Source of the DNA: Amoebophrya sp. A120
Lineage: Eukaryota > Protista > Dinoflagellata
Direction: 5' to 3'
DNA length: 64,000 nt
NCBI GenBank assembly: GCA_905178155.1
Contig: CAJINV010000003.1
Location: forward strand, 62,001 to 126,000
Positions 33,569 to 45,600 of the stretch are shown here, piece by piece (the stretch's first letter is position 1; the number at the start of each line of letters is the position of its first letter). The notes under the pieces were generated by a model. The model made no database searches. It saw only the letters and a list, made by a program, of their open reading frames with translations, and was not told where the DNA came from. A program made the translations under genes and the position numbers.

Positions 33569-36391
33569 ATGAAAAGCTCCAAGCCGTCGTCTGCTCCTGC
33601 ACCGAAAAAGAACAAGAAGTGGCGCGCGCTGAAGAACCTGGGCGGGCAGGCGGTCCGCAACGCGGTGCCCAACTGCGCCTACTGCATTATGCTGATTCTG
33701 CCGCAAACCATCGACTACGTCCTGGTGGGCATTATGGCCACGCCGGACACCCGCACCTACGCGCTCGGGGGCATCGCCCTGGGGATTTCCCTGATCAACG
33801 TTTTCGGAATCGCGCCCGGCATCGGGTTCAATCAGGCGTTAGATACGCTCGTGTCTGTCGCGTTCGGGGCGAAGAAGCACACCAAGATCTTCCACTACGT
33901 GGCCCAGGCGCAGCTGCTGATCGTGTGCTACATGCCGGTGATCATCCTGAGCTGCGGGATCTGCGCGTCCAACATCTTTGACACCTTCGCGACGCACACC
34001 GACCCGAACGTAGCCGCGCAGGCCGTGGAGTTTCTGCACTCGCAGTTTTTATTTGTGCCGCTTTTTTTGTTCTCGGACATCGTGCGCAAGTTTTTCGCAA
34101 ACGTCCGGGAGCTGCACCACATTCAGCCCTACCAGATGGCCGCGATCTGCCTCCACGGGGTCTGGGTGTATCTGTGCATCGAATTCATCTCCGGCCGCGA
34201 CCACGCCGCGATGGGAGCGGGGCTCGGCACCAGCTTCACCTGGCTTTTGTTTTTCCTCGGCTATCACTTGGTGTTTCACAAGTGGTTCCGCACCTTCCGC
34301 GAGACCACCAACGCCCGCGTGCTGGGAATAAATGGTCCTGCGGTGCAACCACGGGGACAGCAACCGGCAAACTATACAGTAAACAAAAAAGCAAGTCCGC
34401 GCGGAGGTTATCATAGTGCAACTACAACTTCGATGAGCAACAACGACAAAAGCTCGTCAAAACAGGAGGAGGAGCCGGTGGAGCAGGAGCACATATTTTT
34501 TCTCTCCAATCTGTCCGACCCGGCGGTGTACAGTGGGCACGCGCTGTATGGAAGCGTCAGGTTTGAAATCGTCAAAGTTGAAATAGTTTGTAATGCATAA
34601 AATGCATGACCCGAGGCACGTGTGTTGCAGAGCAGGCAAGTGAGGCCGATTGTAAGCCTGTTTGGGGTTACAGCTCGAGCTGCTAAAGTAGCATGAGAAA
34701 ATCGCTGTTCTTTGCCTAAACAGCATGACAAAATGGATTTAGGGACCACCGAAATTTGTCTTGCGCCACTTAGAAACTGGGTTCCGGTTGGCATCCATTT
34801 TATGCATGGCAAATTATTTCAACTTTGTCGATTTCAACTCTGACACATCCATACGCTGTATTCGTACGGCGAACTTGCCGTGCGGTCGAGCGCGAACGTG
34901 CTGACGGAGTGGGTGGCGCGCGAGATCCTGACCGTGTTGATATCGCAGGTGTCCGCCTCGGCCATCGCCGTGCACGCCGCCATCGACGGCACCTATTCGC
35001 AGCTGTACATGATTCCGCTCGGGATTGCGGGCTCGACCGCGACGCTGGTCGGCTCCAGCCTCGGCATGCGGAAGCCGGTGCAGGCCGGCCGTTTTGCGTA
35101 CGTCTCCCTCACGCTCGGGCTCGTCGCCTGGTCCCTGATGTTCGTCCTGCTCTTCGGCGTGCCGCCCTACCGGTGGCTGCCGCCGCCCTTCGCCCGCGAT
35201 GCCGACACCGTGCCCCACGAGACGCTGCTCCACACCGGACTGCAGCTGAAGATCGCGGATGTGTTCTTTCCGGCCGATATCAAAATGAAAAATCCCCCCT
35301 CCCCATATCAAAAACGAAATTTATGATGCTGTATTTGAGTACACAAATCGACTTGTAATGCTAGAAGGCCAAGAGACGCAGCTGTGGCCTCGTTTGCAGG
35401 CAATTTGTCATGCTGTTTCCCACTTCCAGCTGCCCCCTGTCATGCTGAAGATGCAAGGCTTTCCCACGCCAACCAGCACTGCAGTCCGCATCTTTTCCCT
35501 TCTAGCATGACAAAGCTGATTTGTGACCACAAATCTGCATCACAAATTTCTAGTTTGAGTATGGGGTGGGGGGATTTTTCCTTTTGATAGCCGAGCATAA
35601 CGCCAAGGCGCTGTTTGAGCGGTGGCTGTTCTATCAAATGCAGAAGTGTCCGGGTCTGGAAAAGTGGAACTTGTAATGCGTGTCTTGCATTCCTGGAAAA
35701 TCTGTGTTGCATGAGCAGCAACAGAGAAGCTTTCTTTGTCATGCAAAAACGCAATTTGTGATGCGTGCTAGGCATCAGCAGGCGTGGTCTCAAAAACTTG
35801 TCATGCTTGGCTGCCATTGCAAGCGCTTCAATCATGCTCAATTCAGCATCACAGGTTCATTCCAGACCCAGACATAAGTTTGCACTTGATACGTTCCGCC
35901 GCATCCTGATTTTCGCCTTCGCTGTGACCTTCTGGTGCGACATGGGGGAGAACATTTTGCAGGGGGTGTTGCGGGCGTGCGGGCAGCAGCAGATCGCCGC
36001 ATTGGTGTACGTCTGCCAACACTATTTGCTGGGACTGCCGGTCGCGGTGTTTCTGGCTTTTTCCACCGTCGGCCACGGCATCACCGAGGCATTGGTGTCG
36101 CACTGCAATCTGCTTTTCCTGGATACGTCCGTTTTGACCGACGGCGACTTCTTCGCCCACGCCAACACCATGGAGAAAACCAGCGTGTTGGGGTTGTACG
36201 GCCTCTGGTTCGGGTTCTCCCTGGGCGTGGTCTCCGGCTTCGTCGTTTTTGTTTACTACCTCTGCGTCAAAATCAACTTCCGCAAAGAAGTAAAAACGGC
36301 GCTGCGGCGACTGGTGTGGCACTCGCGGGCGGCTGCCGTGCGGGGCAAAACTACGGACCGAAAATTGTCGGGCGCGACCGCAAAAGTTTAA
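33569..36391 (+). CDS. MATE-family transporter, duplicate copy
   Basis: Identical to 23429-26251. Confidence 0.85.
34547..34853. mobile_element. introner family D, duplicate of 24407-24713
   Basis: Identical copy. Confidence 0.85.
35278..35589. mobile_element. introner family B, duplicate of 25138-25449
   Basis: Identical copy. Confidence 0.85.
35632..35891. mobile_element. introner family A, duplicate of 25492-25751
   Basis: Identical copy. Confidence 0.85.
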
Positions 36392-37390
36392 AACGGATGA
36401 GCGACTTCATGGCACAAGTTGGACAGGTACGTAGTACGCTCTGTCTGTGTGCGTATTATATGATTGTATGCAATGGCACGGGAAGTAGATCTTTTATACG
36501 GCCGTTCTGGCGAACAAAGCACGTTGGGTGAGCTGGTCGGAGATGTTGACTGACTCTTTTGTTTCTCTTTTTTCTGCAAATGAACCTATACAATACTGAA
36601 TTTTCGGGGCTTTGTGACTGTAATTTACGCTGTTGTTTTGGATATGCTGCACTAGCACTTCAAGTACTTGCTCAATGTCAATACTCTTTCTTGCGAAATG
36701 AAAGACGCACACTTTTCCTGTACACCTCGAGTCGTTTGCCTAAGCACCCAAAATTTCGGCCAGTATGAGCTCCTCACTGAGGTGGAGCTCTTTTGTGCAG
36801 ATAGCGATAAATCAGTATTTTCCACCTGCTGCCCCGCTGAAAGTGTAGTTTTACACTGAAAGGACATTGGCACGACATTGCATTTTTGCGACATCAACAT
36901 TTCGTATTGAACCGCGTGTCGCTTTCGGCATCATGGTCGAGGACTTTCTCCTCCATCTGTGACAAGAGCGCGGACGTGGTCGCTTGCACTTTAAATGTGA
37001 GCAGCACGAATTCATGCTCATTTGGTGTTGCTTTTTTTTCGCGGACGAAGTCAGTGGCGATATTCATCGATCCTGCACCGCGGTAAGGCGATTCTGCAAA
37101 TGATCTCTTCTTCAAAACAAAAGCTTGACGTATGTCCACATGTAGCTGCCGTGGCGCTTGACCCTGATGATGCAACTATCGTGGTGACGTGGGAGGTGCC
37201 AATATTCTTCCTCGGTGACGTTCGTCGTAAATGATATGTGCCCACGTTCGAGTGTGTGCTTTTTTTCCTGATAGCGAAAAGAGGATTGTAGACGTAATTA
37301 GTCGTGGTGCCTTTACTTTCTGGCTATGGCCCTGAGAAGTACAAGCATTGACACAGAATTTTTTATCGGAAAGTAAGGAGTGCATGTATA

Positions 37391-39957
37391 ATGTCGTCGG
37401 ACGAGAACAAGAAGAAAACCGCCTTGGCCGGGAGCAACAGAATTGCTTTCGCGTTCAAGAAGGAAAACAACAAGCGAGTAGTTTCCCGGCCGGCTCCCCG
37501 GAGAAGCAGGTCGAATGCGGCACCTTCTTCAGAGTTGACGGCGGTAGTGGATGGCAAGACGCGCCGGCGGAAAGAACCTCCCAGCGAAGAGGACTCCTGT
37601 AGTGGAGGGCGCCGTAGCAGCAGTGCTAAAAATAATCCTGACACCACTCATGCCGGAAGATTATCATGTCAATCGCCCAAACCGGCGCCGTCAAAATCAA
37701 ACGGATCAAATTCCTGTCGACGGTCTGATAAAGACGGCGCGGAAAATCAAATTGATCAACAACATCCCCGCGGCGAGGTGGAGCCACGATCTTCTAGTCA
37801 ACTGACGAGCAGGCGGAGTTCTTTAAGTTCGAGCAGCAGCTCGTCCTCCGCGGAGTCCTCGTCTTCCGAGGAGATGAACGACGAGAAGCCTATAATCCGA
37901 GGCTACAAACGAACCACCGACTCGAAGGCGAAGATGATCAAGGCGTCCTACTTGAACAACCCGAACAAATTTATTTCGAGAAGAACCAAAAGACGGGTGG
38001 TCAGCGACGTGAGCTCGAGTGAAGATGATGTTGACAACTGCAATTCCGACAGCAGTGAGGATTGTCCCTACCAGGAGTTCGACGAAGAGTCCCTCCTCCG
38101 GCTGCAGGACCACCTCGAGGCGACCCAGGACCTCGACGGCAGGGAGGTGGACACGTCGGTATTACAATGAAAAGTGCCCCCATCCCGGAATTCGCAGAAG
38201 TTTGTCATGCAAAGTTTCCAAATGAAAGCTTTTTGTCTTGCATGAAAGGACTGCGAGCCTTTCTGATGCAGAATCTAGGTTCGCAAGGTGCCTTGTGCAT
38301 AGCAGATACGGCCGCTGTTGGGCTCCTTCGCAACACAAATTCGAGCTATTCAGCATGGAAAATTTGTGATGCTGAGATATGCAAGACGGGGAATGTTTTT
38401 ATTGGAAAGATTTGCAATACAAATGGTGCCAAGGTTGGGGTGGGGGGGTTTTTCATTGTAATAATCGGAGTCGGAAAACGAACTGACGCTGGAGGAGTTT
38501 AAAGATGACTTGGCGAAGTACTGTCACCTATCAAATGCAAATATGTCTGGGTCTGGAAGAATGCAACTTGTGATGCTGCATTTGGATTTCAAAAAAAATC
38601 TGTATTGCCTGAGCAGCAAAGGAAATGCAATTTTTGCCACGAGGAGAGGGCATTTGTCATTCGGAATAGGCATCATCATCAAGAAACCCTCAAGAAATCT
38701 GTGATGCCAGGGCGTGCGTCACGGACGTCGCGGCTCATGCAAAACGTACATGACAAGTCTCAGAGTCTTCCAGAACCAGACAGATTTGCACTCCATATCA
38801 CCGCCACGGCCTTGCCCCGGGGACGGAGAAGATGCTGCTGCGGCTGGGGGCGAAGCAGTGCCAGAAACTGCTCAACGTTCCCGTCGGCGTGGAGCTGGAC
38901 CAAAGGGATTGCACCATGAAAGAGTTGCCAAGGGACAACAAGTATCCATTGCAAATACAATGTTTAAGTCGGGCAGTAGAGTGCAAGTCTGTCATGCTTG
39001 CCCGACAGTAAACAAAAGTCTCTCATGCTTGTTGCGCTACAGTGCCACTTACTTTTCTCATGTAAGATTATAAAGGCGATCTGTCCTGCTGGCAACGCTA
39101 GACAAGGCCGCTCAGAAACTTGTCATGTGCCGCCGCGCAACACAATCTGCGTGCCATTCGGAGAATCGCATGACAACTTTCCAGACGCAGACATGGTTGC
39201 AATGCATAACAAGTACCACAAGGGCTACTACGTCCGCGGGCTGCTGGGCGACCACGTGCCGATGGAACCGCACATGGAACTCAAGCGACCCGCGCCATTT
39301 CGGCGGCCGCCGGGCGGAGAGTTCAAGGGAGAACACGCGCGGGCTTACCAGCGCAAGGTATTAATTTGTACAACGTAGGTAAACGTGTTCTGATGTTTGG
39401 CACGCATGGAAAATTGTAAAAAACCATCTGGAGGACATGGACATGAGCAGCGTTGATATGGCCGATCATTTGTCTGGAAATATATTTTGCGCGGTTTTTG
39501 ATGTTTGTAAAAACAAATTTTGTTCACAGCAAGCCGAGAAGCAATCGAAGCGGGATCTCGTGGTGTGGCGCGAGCACAGTATCAAATGTAAAAATGTCTG
39601 GGTCTGGAAACTTGTGATGCTGGGTGGCGTCTCATGATGAGGCTACAAATGCTGGCTCAGCATGACAAGTTTCTGAGCTCCTAGGTGTTGCCTATTCTGC
39701 ACGACAAACTGCGCTTCTGCATCACAGAAAAGCGGAGCTCTTGGGTAACGTGCGTGACAGATTTAAGAGTCATGCCAGACAAGCATGACAAACATGAATT
39801 CTTCCAGACCCAGACATTTTTACAGTTGATACACAGTGAGCAGTGCCGAATTCACCACCGCCAGAAGAGCATGCTCGATCGCTTTGCGCCGGGGATGTTT
39901 GATGATTCATCCTCAGACGACGATCCCAAAGCGAAAGGAAAGAAAAGCAAAAGCTGA
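37391..39957 (+). CDS. hypothetical protein; exons 37391-38159, 38469-38528, 38803-38942, 39214-39357, 39530-39579, 39837-39957
   Basis: Open frame across four introners and one GT-AG intron; no recognisable domain. Confidence 0.7.
38160..38463. mobile_element. introner family E, duplicate of 28020-28323
   Basis: Identical copy. Confidence 0.85.
38529..38797. mobile_element. introner family A, duplicate of 28389-28657
   Basis: Identical copy. Confidence 0.85.
38943..39208. mobile_element. introner, duplicate of 28803-29068
   Basis: Identical copy. Confidence 0.82.
39580..39831. mobile_element. introner family A (252 bp; partial copy at 29440-29600)
   Basis: Family A TIR; DR CACAG; frame restored (EHSEQCR). 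Confidence 0.92.
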
Positions 39958-40768
39958 TGCTGATTTGTACGGATATTGAAGATCGCACCTCGGATAGATA
40001 TAGATTTTTCCATCTGGTCTGGTTTAATCACATCAGCAAAACCTTGTGCTGGCAGAGGGCTTTGGAGTAAGTCTTTAGTTTCAGATTGATTTCGCGCGGA
40101 TCTAAAGCTCGCGCTCCCTGTTGTAGGCCGAGAGCTGCCGCCTGGGTCGGTCGCTTCTCTGTAAGTACCAAAACTGGGATCGCATTTGGTGCGGCAAGCG
40201 CACTTGTGTGCGTTCAGAAGAAAGATCAAGAGAGAGAGAGACGAAGATCTTGTTAAAAATCGAGGTAGATCGAGTGCCCACGCTAGTGTACGCTAGCAAG
40301 ATGTATTAATGATGATGATGATGGAGAACGTGAACGTCTTGTAACTTCGATCTAGAAGCACACAAAAGTGTCGATCTAAATCGTGAAACGAATTTTGATT
40401 TTCGATCTCGATCCAAAAGGAACTGCTGATCCAAAAAATGAAAGGAAGAGTCGATCCAGAACGTGAAAGTACCTGACATGATGCCGTGTCGAATTGAAAT
40501 GAACCGTTCGAACAAATTTGCTCCGAGAAGATTTAGATCCACAACAATTTCTGAGATCTGAAAGGAACATGTTCATGATCACGTGTGAGATTTGAAAGAT
40601 CTGTTGGTCGCACCGAGTTGAAAGTGCTCTGAATCGGAATCCTTAATTTCATCTCGTTTATTCACCATTGGTTGGAAGATATTTGTCGTTTATCAAAATC
40701 CGAATAACAGGGACCTTGTTGGATTTTTTGGGCAAAAAATCTAATCTCTCTCACCTCCACTCGACAGA

Positions 40769-42009
40769 ATGAGCAAGCTTAGTATCGAAGGTCTGAAGGA
40801 GTCCATCGGCAAGGTGCTGGCCGCCTCCCAGGAGAAGAAGCGCAAGTTTGTCGAAACCATCGAGCTGCAGATCGGCCTCAAGGATTACGACACCCAGCGG
40901 TATAGAATTTTTTTTTCGTGATTACTTTTGAAGGATTTTTTACAATCACGGACGCGTTGATGGACGTTTCTACGCTTTCTTTTTTTCCGGGTTGGTGGAA
41001 ATAGAGGTTTGGTGGTTTAGGATTGTCGATGCAGTATGTCTACCGGAATGAAAACCAAAAGCACCGAATAATTTGAGATGAATTTTTCTAAAACATAATT
41101 ACAGTGACAAGCGTTTCTCCGGAACCGTCCGTCTGCAGCATGTGCCGCGTCCCCGCATGAAGATCTGCGTCCTCGGTGACGCCGTCCACTGCGATAGCGC
41201 CCAGAAGCTGGACATGCCGTTCAAGTCCGTTGACGATTTGAAGAAGCTGAACAAGAACAAGAAGATGGTCAAGAAGTATCAACCCATTTTTTTTTGCACC
41301 TGTTTTGCCTTTTCTCGCATTGCAAATATCGCTAGTTTAAGTTTGCGGATGATGAGGTGAGATTACTAGTGGGTCGAGTCGGCTTCGCTTGGTCTCTTCA
41401 ATCTTCTCTTCCGTGAAAAATGCTAGCTAGAATAACATGGGATTTTTCGAAGTTTCTGTTGTCCATGTCTGAAGTTTAAAACTTCTACTTAAGGAGACTT
41501 CGCGATGAGATGATGTGACTTTGGATCCCGACAGAAAAGAGTACTACTATAGTCAGTCATGCAGTTGAAAAATATAGCGGACTGAAGAAGCGCGTCGACG
41601 ACGCTTGCGTACTAATAAAGCATTTGAAAATCCTCTCAACTCTTCTACTTTTCCCAGGTTGGCCCGCTCCTTCGACGCGTTCATGGCTTCCCAGGCTCTG
41701 ATCCCGCAGATCCCCCGTTTGTTGGGTCCGGGTTTGAACAAGGCCGGTAAGTTCCCGACCATGATCACGCACAACGACGTGCTGGAAGACAAGGCCAACG
41801 ACATCCGGGCGACGGTGAAGTTCCAGCTGAAGAAGGTGTTGTGCATGGGTGTGGCCATCGGTCACGTCAACATGACCCCGGACGAGGTGCGGCAAAACAG
41901 TCTGATGAGCATCAACTTTTTGGTCTCCCTGTTGAAGAAGAACTGGAACAACGTCAAATCCCTGCACATCAAGTCCACCATGGGACCCGCCCAGCGCGTC
42001 TTCGGTTAA
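40769..42009 (+). CDS. RPL10A: 60S ribosomal protein L10a (uL1); exons 40769-40899, 41105-41275, 41658-42009
   Basis: MSKL...[27 protein letters not shown]...[16 protein letters not shown]...[18 protein letters not shown]. The spliced length is 217 aa, with two GT-AG introns. Confidence 0.97.
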
Positions 42010-42681
42010 ACATGTTGTACTAGCGCGTAGGCTGCGAGCTACGAAAAAGAGGAGTTGTACTGGCGGATCGTTTCGATAGTGTGTTGTCTTTTGGATCGTT
42101 GATGCTGGGTAGTGATATTTGACACGACTGGTTTGCTTTGTGTCGCAATGTTATACCTTGCTTCCATCTAATGGGACACGCTATCATCAACATTTGCAGG
42201 TGTATTTCTTTAGACTAGATGTTACCAATGCGGTGGCGGTTTGTCGTTCGCGATAAGCTTTCCGCCGTACTTGGGAGATACTCTAACGCGTATCACTCAA
42301 TCTGTCTGAGAATCGGAAACGAGAAGGAATAGATTGCCCAAGAAAGTGTACACAACCAATTCAAAAAGAAAAACGCCTTCGCTTTTGGCACTCGCGCTCT
42401 ACAGAGTCTAATCGTGGAAACTGGAGCTACCGATGTGTTCTGTCCCGCTTACAAATTGTCTTATTGACATGTTACCCAATGACGAATCCTGTTTGAAGCT
42501 GCAGAGAGACAAGAACAAATGACATCTACAAGAGTGATTGATGCAAATGCGGACAAAGAGTGAGAGGCCATGTGGCAAACGAAAATAAAAGCACTATAAT
42601 TCGGGTTTGTCTGGAAATCAAGAATTTAGACGCCGCTTTTCAAACGAACGAAGGATCCAAGCCTTTTCGAGAAACTACAAG

Positions 42682-45600
42682 ATGAAAGCATCAGCCTCGC
42701 ACCAATCGGCAAACTCGAGCAGCGCGTCGGCGATGAGCGCAAATAAAGCTGCGAAGGCACGTGCCAAAGAAGGTCTGCTGAAGCAGCTCGTTGCGGACTC
42801 CATGGATTTGTGCCAGCCAGGTAAGACACAGCTTTTGCAACGTTGTGATGCCGTCATTTCAAAATCTTGCCTTACTTACGATCAAAGCTTCCGAAGAGTG
42901 TCATGATGAGAACCAGAGATAAAGGAATTCCTCGTTTCGCTAGGGACAATTTTGATTGACCCGATGGCGGTACACTCTCTTTGTCTGGACCTCTGAAGTA
43001 CTATATGAAGCTACCTCTGTATGTGGAGTACTGTACAAATCTGAAGATCAAGATCCAGGTCGTTCCTCACCAGATCCTAGAGTTAATCAACAGCTTGAAA
43101 AGTGCAAGATCACGATGCTTTTTCAAGCAAACCGACGCGCATCACATAACAATCATCCCTCAACATTCAAGGTCGCGTGACTTCGAAAAACGCCTTTGCA
43201 TTGTCTCTCCTCGAGCGGCTCTCTGAGGCGCTGCGTGCGTCGAACTACCTCAAGGGCGACTCGTTCGAGCTGCATGAGGGGGCTTACCTGCTGGAGGCGG
43301 CGACTAAGCTCTACGGGCATCGTGTGGATAGCGTGTCGTCGCTAGTCGTCCGCGTGATGCACGCTATGGTCGACATCCAGGTCGCGAGCGAGGAAGAGGA
43401 GCTGTTGCGGCGAAGTAATCGTTTACTGATTTTGAATGATAAAAGCTCCTTCCATACATCCGATGTAGTACCTGTTCCAATTGTTGTATTTGATCCTGTG
43501 GTCTCAAATGATGCACAAACATTTTAACCCTCTTGCCGACATGTGCACGCCTCTGTGCGGCCATGGGTGCGGAGAAACAAAATCACCATCTTTCGACTGA
43601 TGATGCACTGGTGTATTTTTAGAGAGCACGTCTACGAGATATTCAAATTTGGTCGCTCTTTGCATATGCTTTTCTTGTAAGAGAAGTGAAGCGCATGAAC
43701 AATGATGTCAACTACATTATCATGTTGGATCGACTCTGTTCACCATAACTGCAGATGGAGACCACCAGGAGGGCGGGGTGGCGCGACCCGGGGACGTGAT
43801 TGATCGCACGGGGGGAACGCTGATGACTCTCGACGAGTTGGAGAAGCAGTCCAAGGGCGAGCGAGTGGAATTTCTGCGCGATTTTTTGGACAATCAGGTG
43901 TACGAAAAGCACCTCCTGTTGAACGTGAAACCGGATTGTGAGGGCAAATTGTTGCTCCAGGGGGAAGACCCAGTACTCCAAGAAACTAAATAAACGCCCC
44001 TGAACGAAATAACCTATGGCCAGCAAAGCTTAGACGTTTTATGCCGTGCGTGTCGCTCCATGCGGATGAGCATGAGTGGCGTGGCGCCGGCCAGGTGGCA
44101 GCGGTGAAAATCCTTCCAGGCGACCGTCTTGGGCGATTGGGCCTGGAATTCGAAAAAGTCCGGGCGCCGTCTGGCGCCCGAAGATTTTTTTTTTCTCCAA
44201 GCGGGCGGGCGCGTCGTCAGGCGCTGGCAAGGGCATGCCACTTACGCAACGGACCAGCGCAGGCCAGGCGCTGGCCCACGCCAAGACCCTGGGAGCGTGT
44301 GCCGGCCTCTCGGATCAGCTCACGCGCTGCGTGCTTCCGGCGTGCCTTTTTTTTTCTTTCTTGCCCACGGGGGCCTGGTGGGCAACTCGCGGGGGAGACC
44401 GTGCAGAAGCGGACCTGCTGCGCTTCACCCATGCGTTGCCTGCTTGTTTCCGCGGCGCGCGGGCGTTTGAGCCGGGTTTGGTATCCTGGCGGGCACAAGG
44501 GGGGGCCTGCCCGTCTTCGTGCCGTGCCTCGTTTTCGGCCCGGGCCCGAGACAGCTGCGTGCGGCGCAGCTGTGGCTACAGCTTTTCGAAGCCTCGCGAG
44601 CCATCTTTGCGAAGTGGCAGCCCGCGTCTTTTCGAGTGTTCCTCCAGCGCCAGAAACCGCAAAAGCCCGGCGCGGGCCCAGTTGAAAAGCTGGGCACCGC
44701 ATCAGCCGCCGCACCTCCGCGCGGCCCTCGGCGTAGGGAGAGCCGTTTAGCTTGGTCGGCGTCGGGCCGACGGGGGCGCAGCGCTAGCTTAAGTAGTTAG
44801 GGTTGTGCAGTGGCCTGGCGCGATATGCCAAACAGTCACCACCTGGGAGAAGAGTCAACACACGACAGATGACCGCCTGATAGCTCTAGCACTTGGAAAG
44901 TTGGAATGCGGAAGTGCCCTGCTGCCCATAGCGAAACCAGTTTTATTTTGTTTGGGGGCGTTTATTGTGTTATATCGAGTAGCTCCGCATGATGATGCGT
45001 CGAGTAGTAAAGAGGGCAAATTGTTGCTCCAGGGGGAAGACCCGGTAGCTCCGCAACATGATGCGTCGAGTAGTAATATTCAACAAAAAAACATTAGCGT
45101 TAGCGTTTTGACAATTGCTGGCGAAAGCCAAATTTTTTCTAATTCTAGCTAGTGAGGTAGCTGCGTTCCGTTCAGATAGATTCGCGCTAACTGGAAGCAG
45201 TGGAAGCAGTCTCTTCGGCCGCGGAGCGGATCGGAGATGATACCGCCAAAGATGTGGGCGACGGCTCGGCCGCGCATATGTCTGGGGCTTCAGGGACTTC
45301 CGGCTACGCGACCTCCTGACCATGCGGGGGGCTGGCAAGCCGTCGCTCTTGGAGTGCCTGAAGACCCGTTTTTGGCTTGCGGCCTTTGAGCCCGAGCAAG
45401 ATGATCAAGCTTCCCAAAGTCTGGCATTAGCGTTTCTGTCCTCGGAGGTCATTTTGACCCCCTGAGCAGAGGCGAATTTGCATGGTCGCATAAAAAAACG
45501 CTAATAAACTCATGATAGCGTCGGGGGAGCGTCTCTCTTCTCAGGTTCACAAAAAACGCTAATAAACTCATGATAGCGTCGGGGGAGCGTCTCTCTTCTC

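Larger units (their letters stand above)
29701..39740 (+). repeat. near-identical tandem copy of 19561-29600 (offset 10140)
   Basis: The ORF track is identical at +10140. I noticed only two substitutions, both near the end (29540/39680, 29562/39702). Confidence 0.97.

Noticed and set aside
41349-41585. Possible C/D snoRNAs in RPL10A intron 2 (ATGATGA...CTGA)
   Set aside because: Boxes are present but I could not match a convincing rRNA guide or find a paralogue; needs snoscan.
44039-44800. Overlapping 100-220-aa ORFs as a possible transposase
   Set aside because: Arg/Ala/Pro-rich ORFs in all frames of GC-rich DNA, with no DDE or HTH motif.
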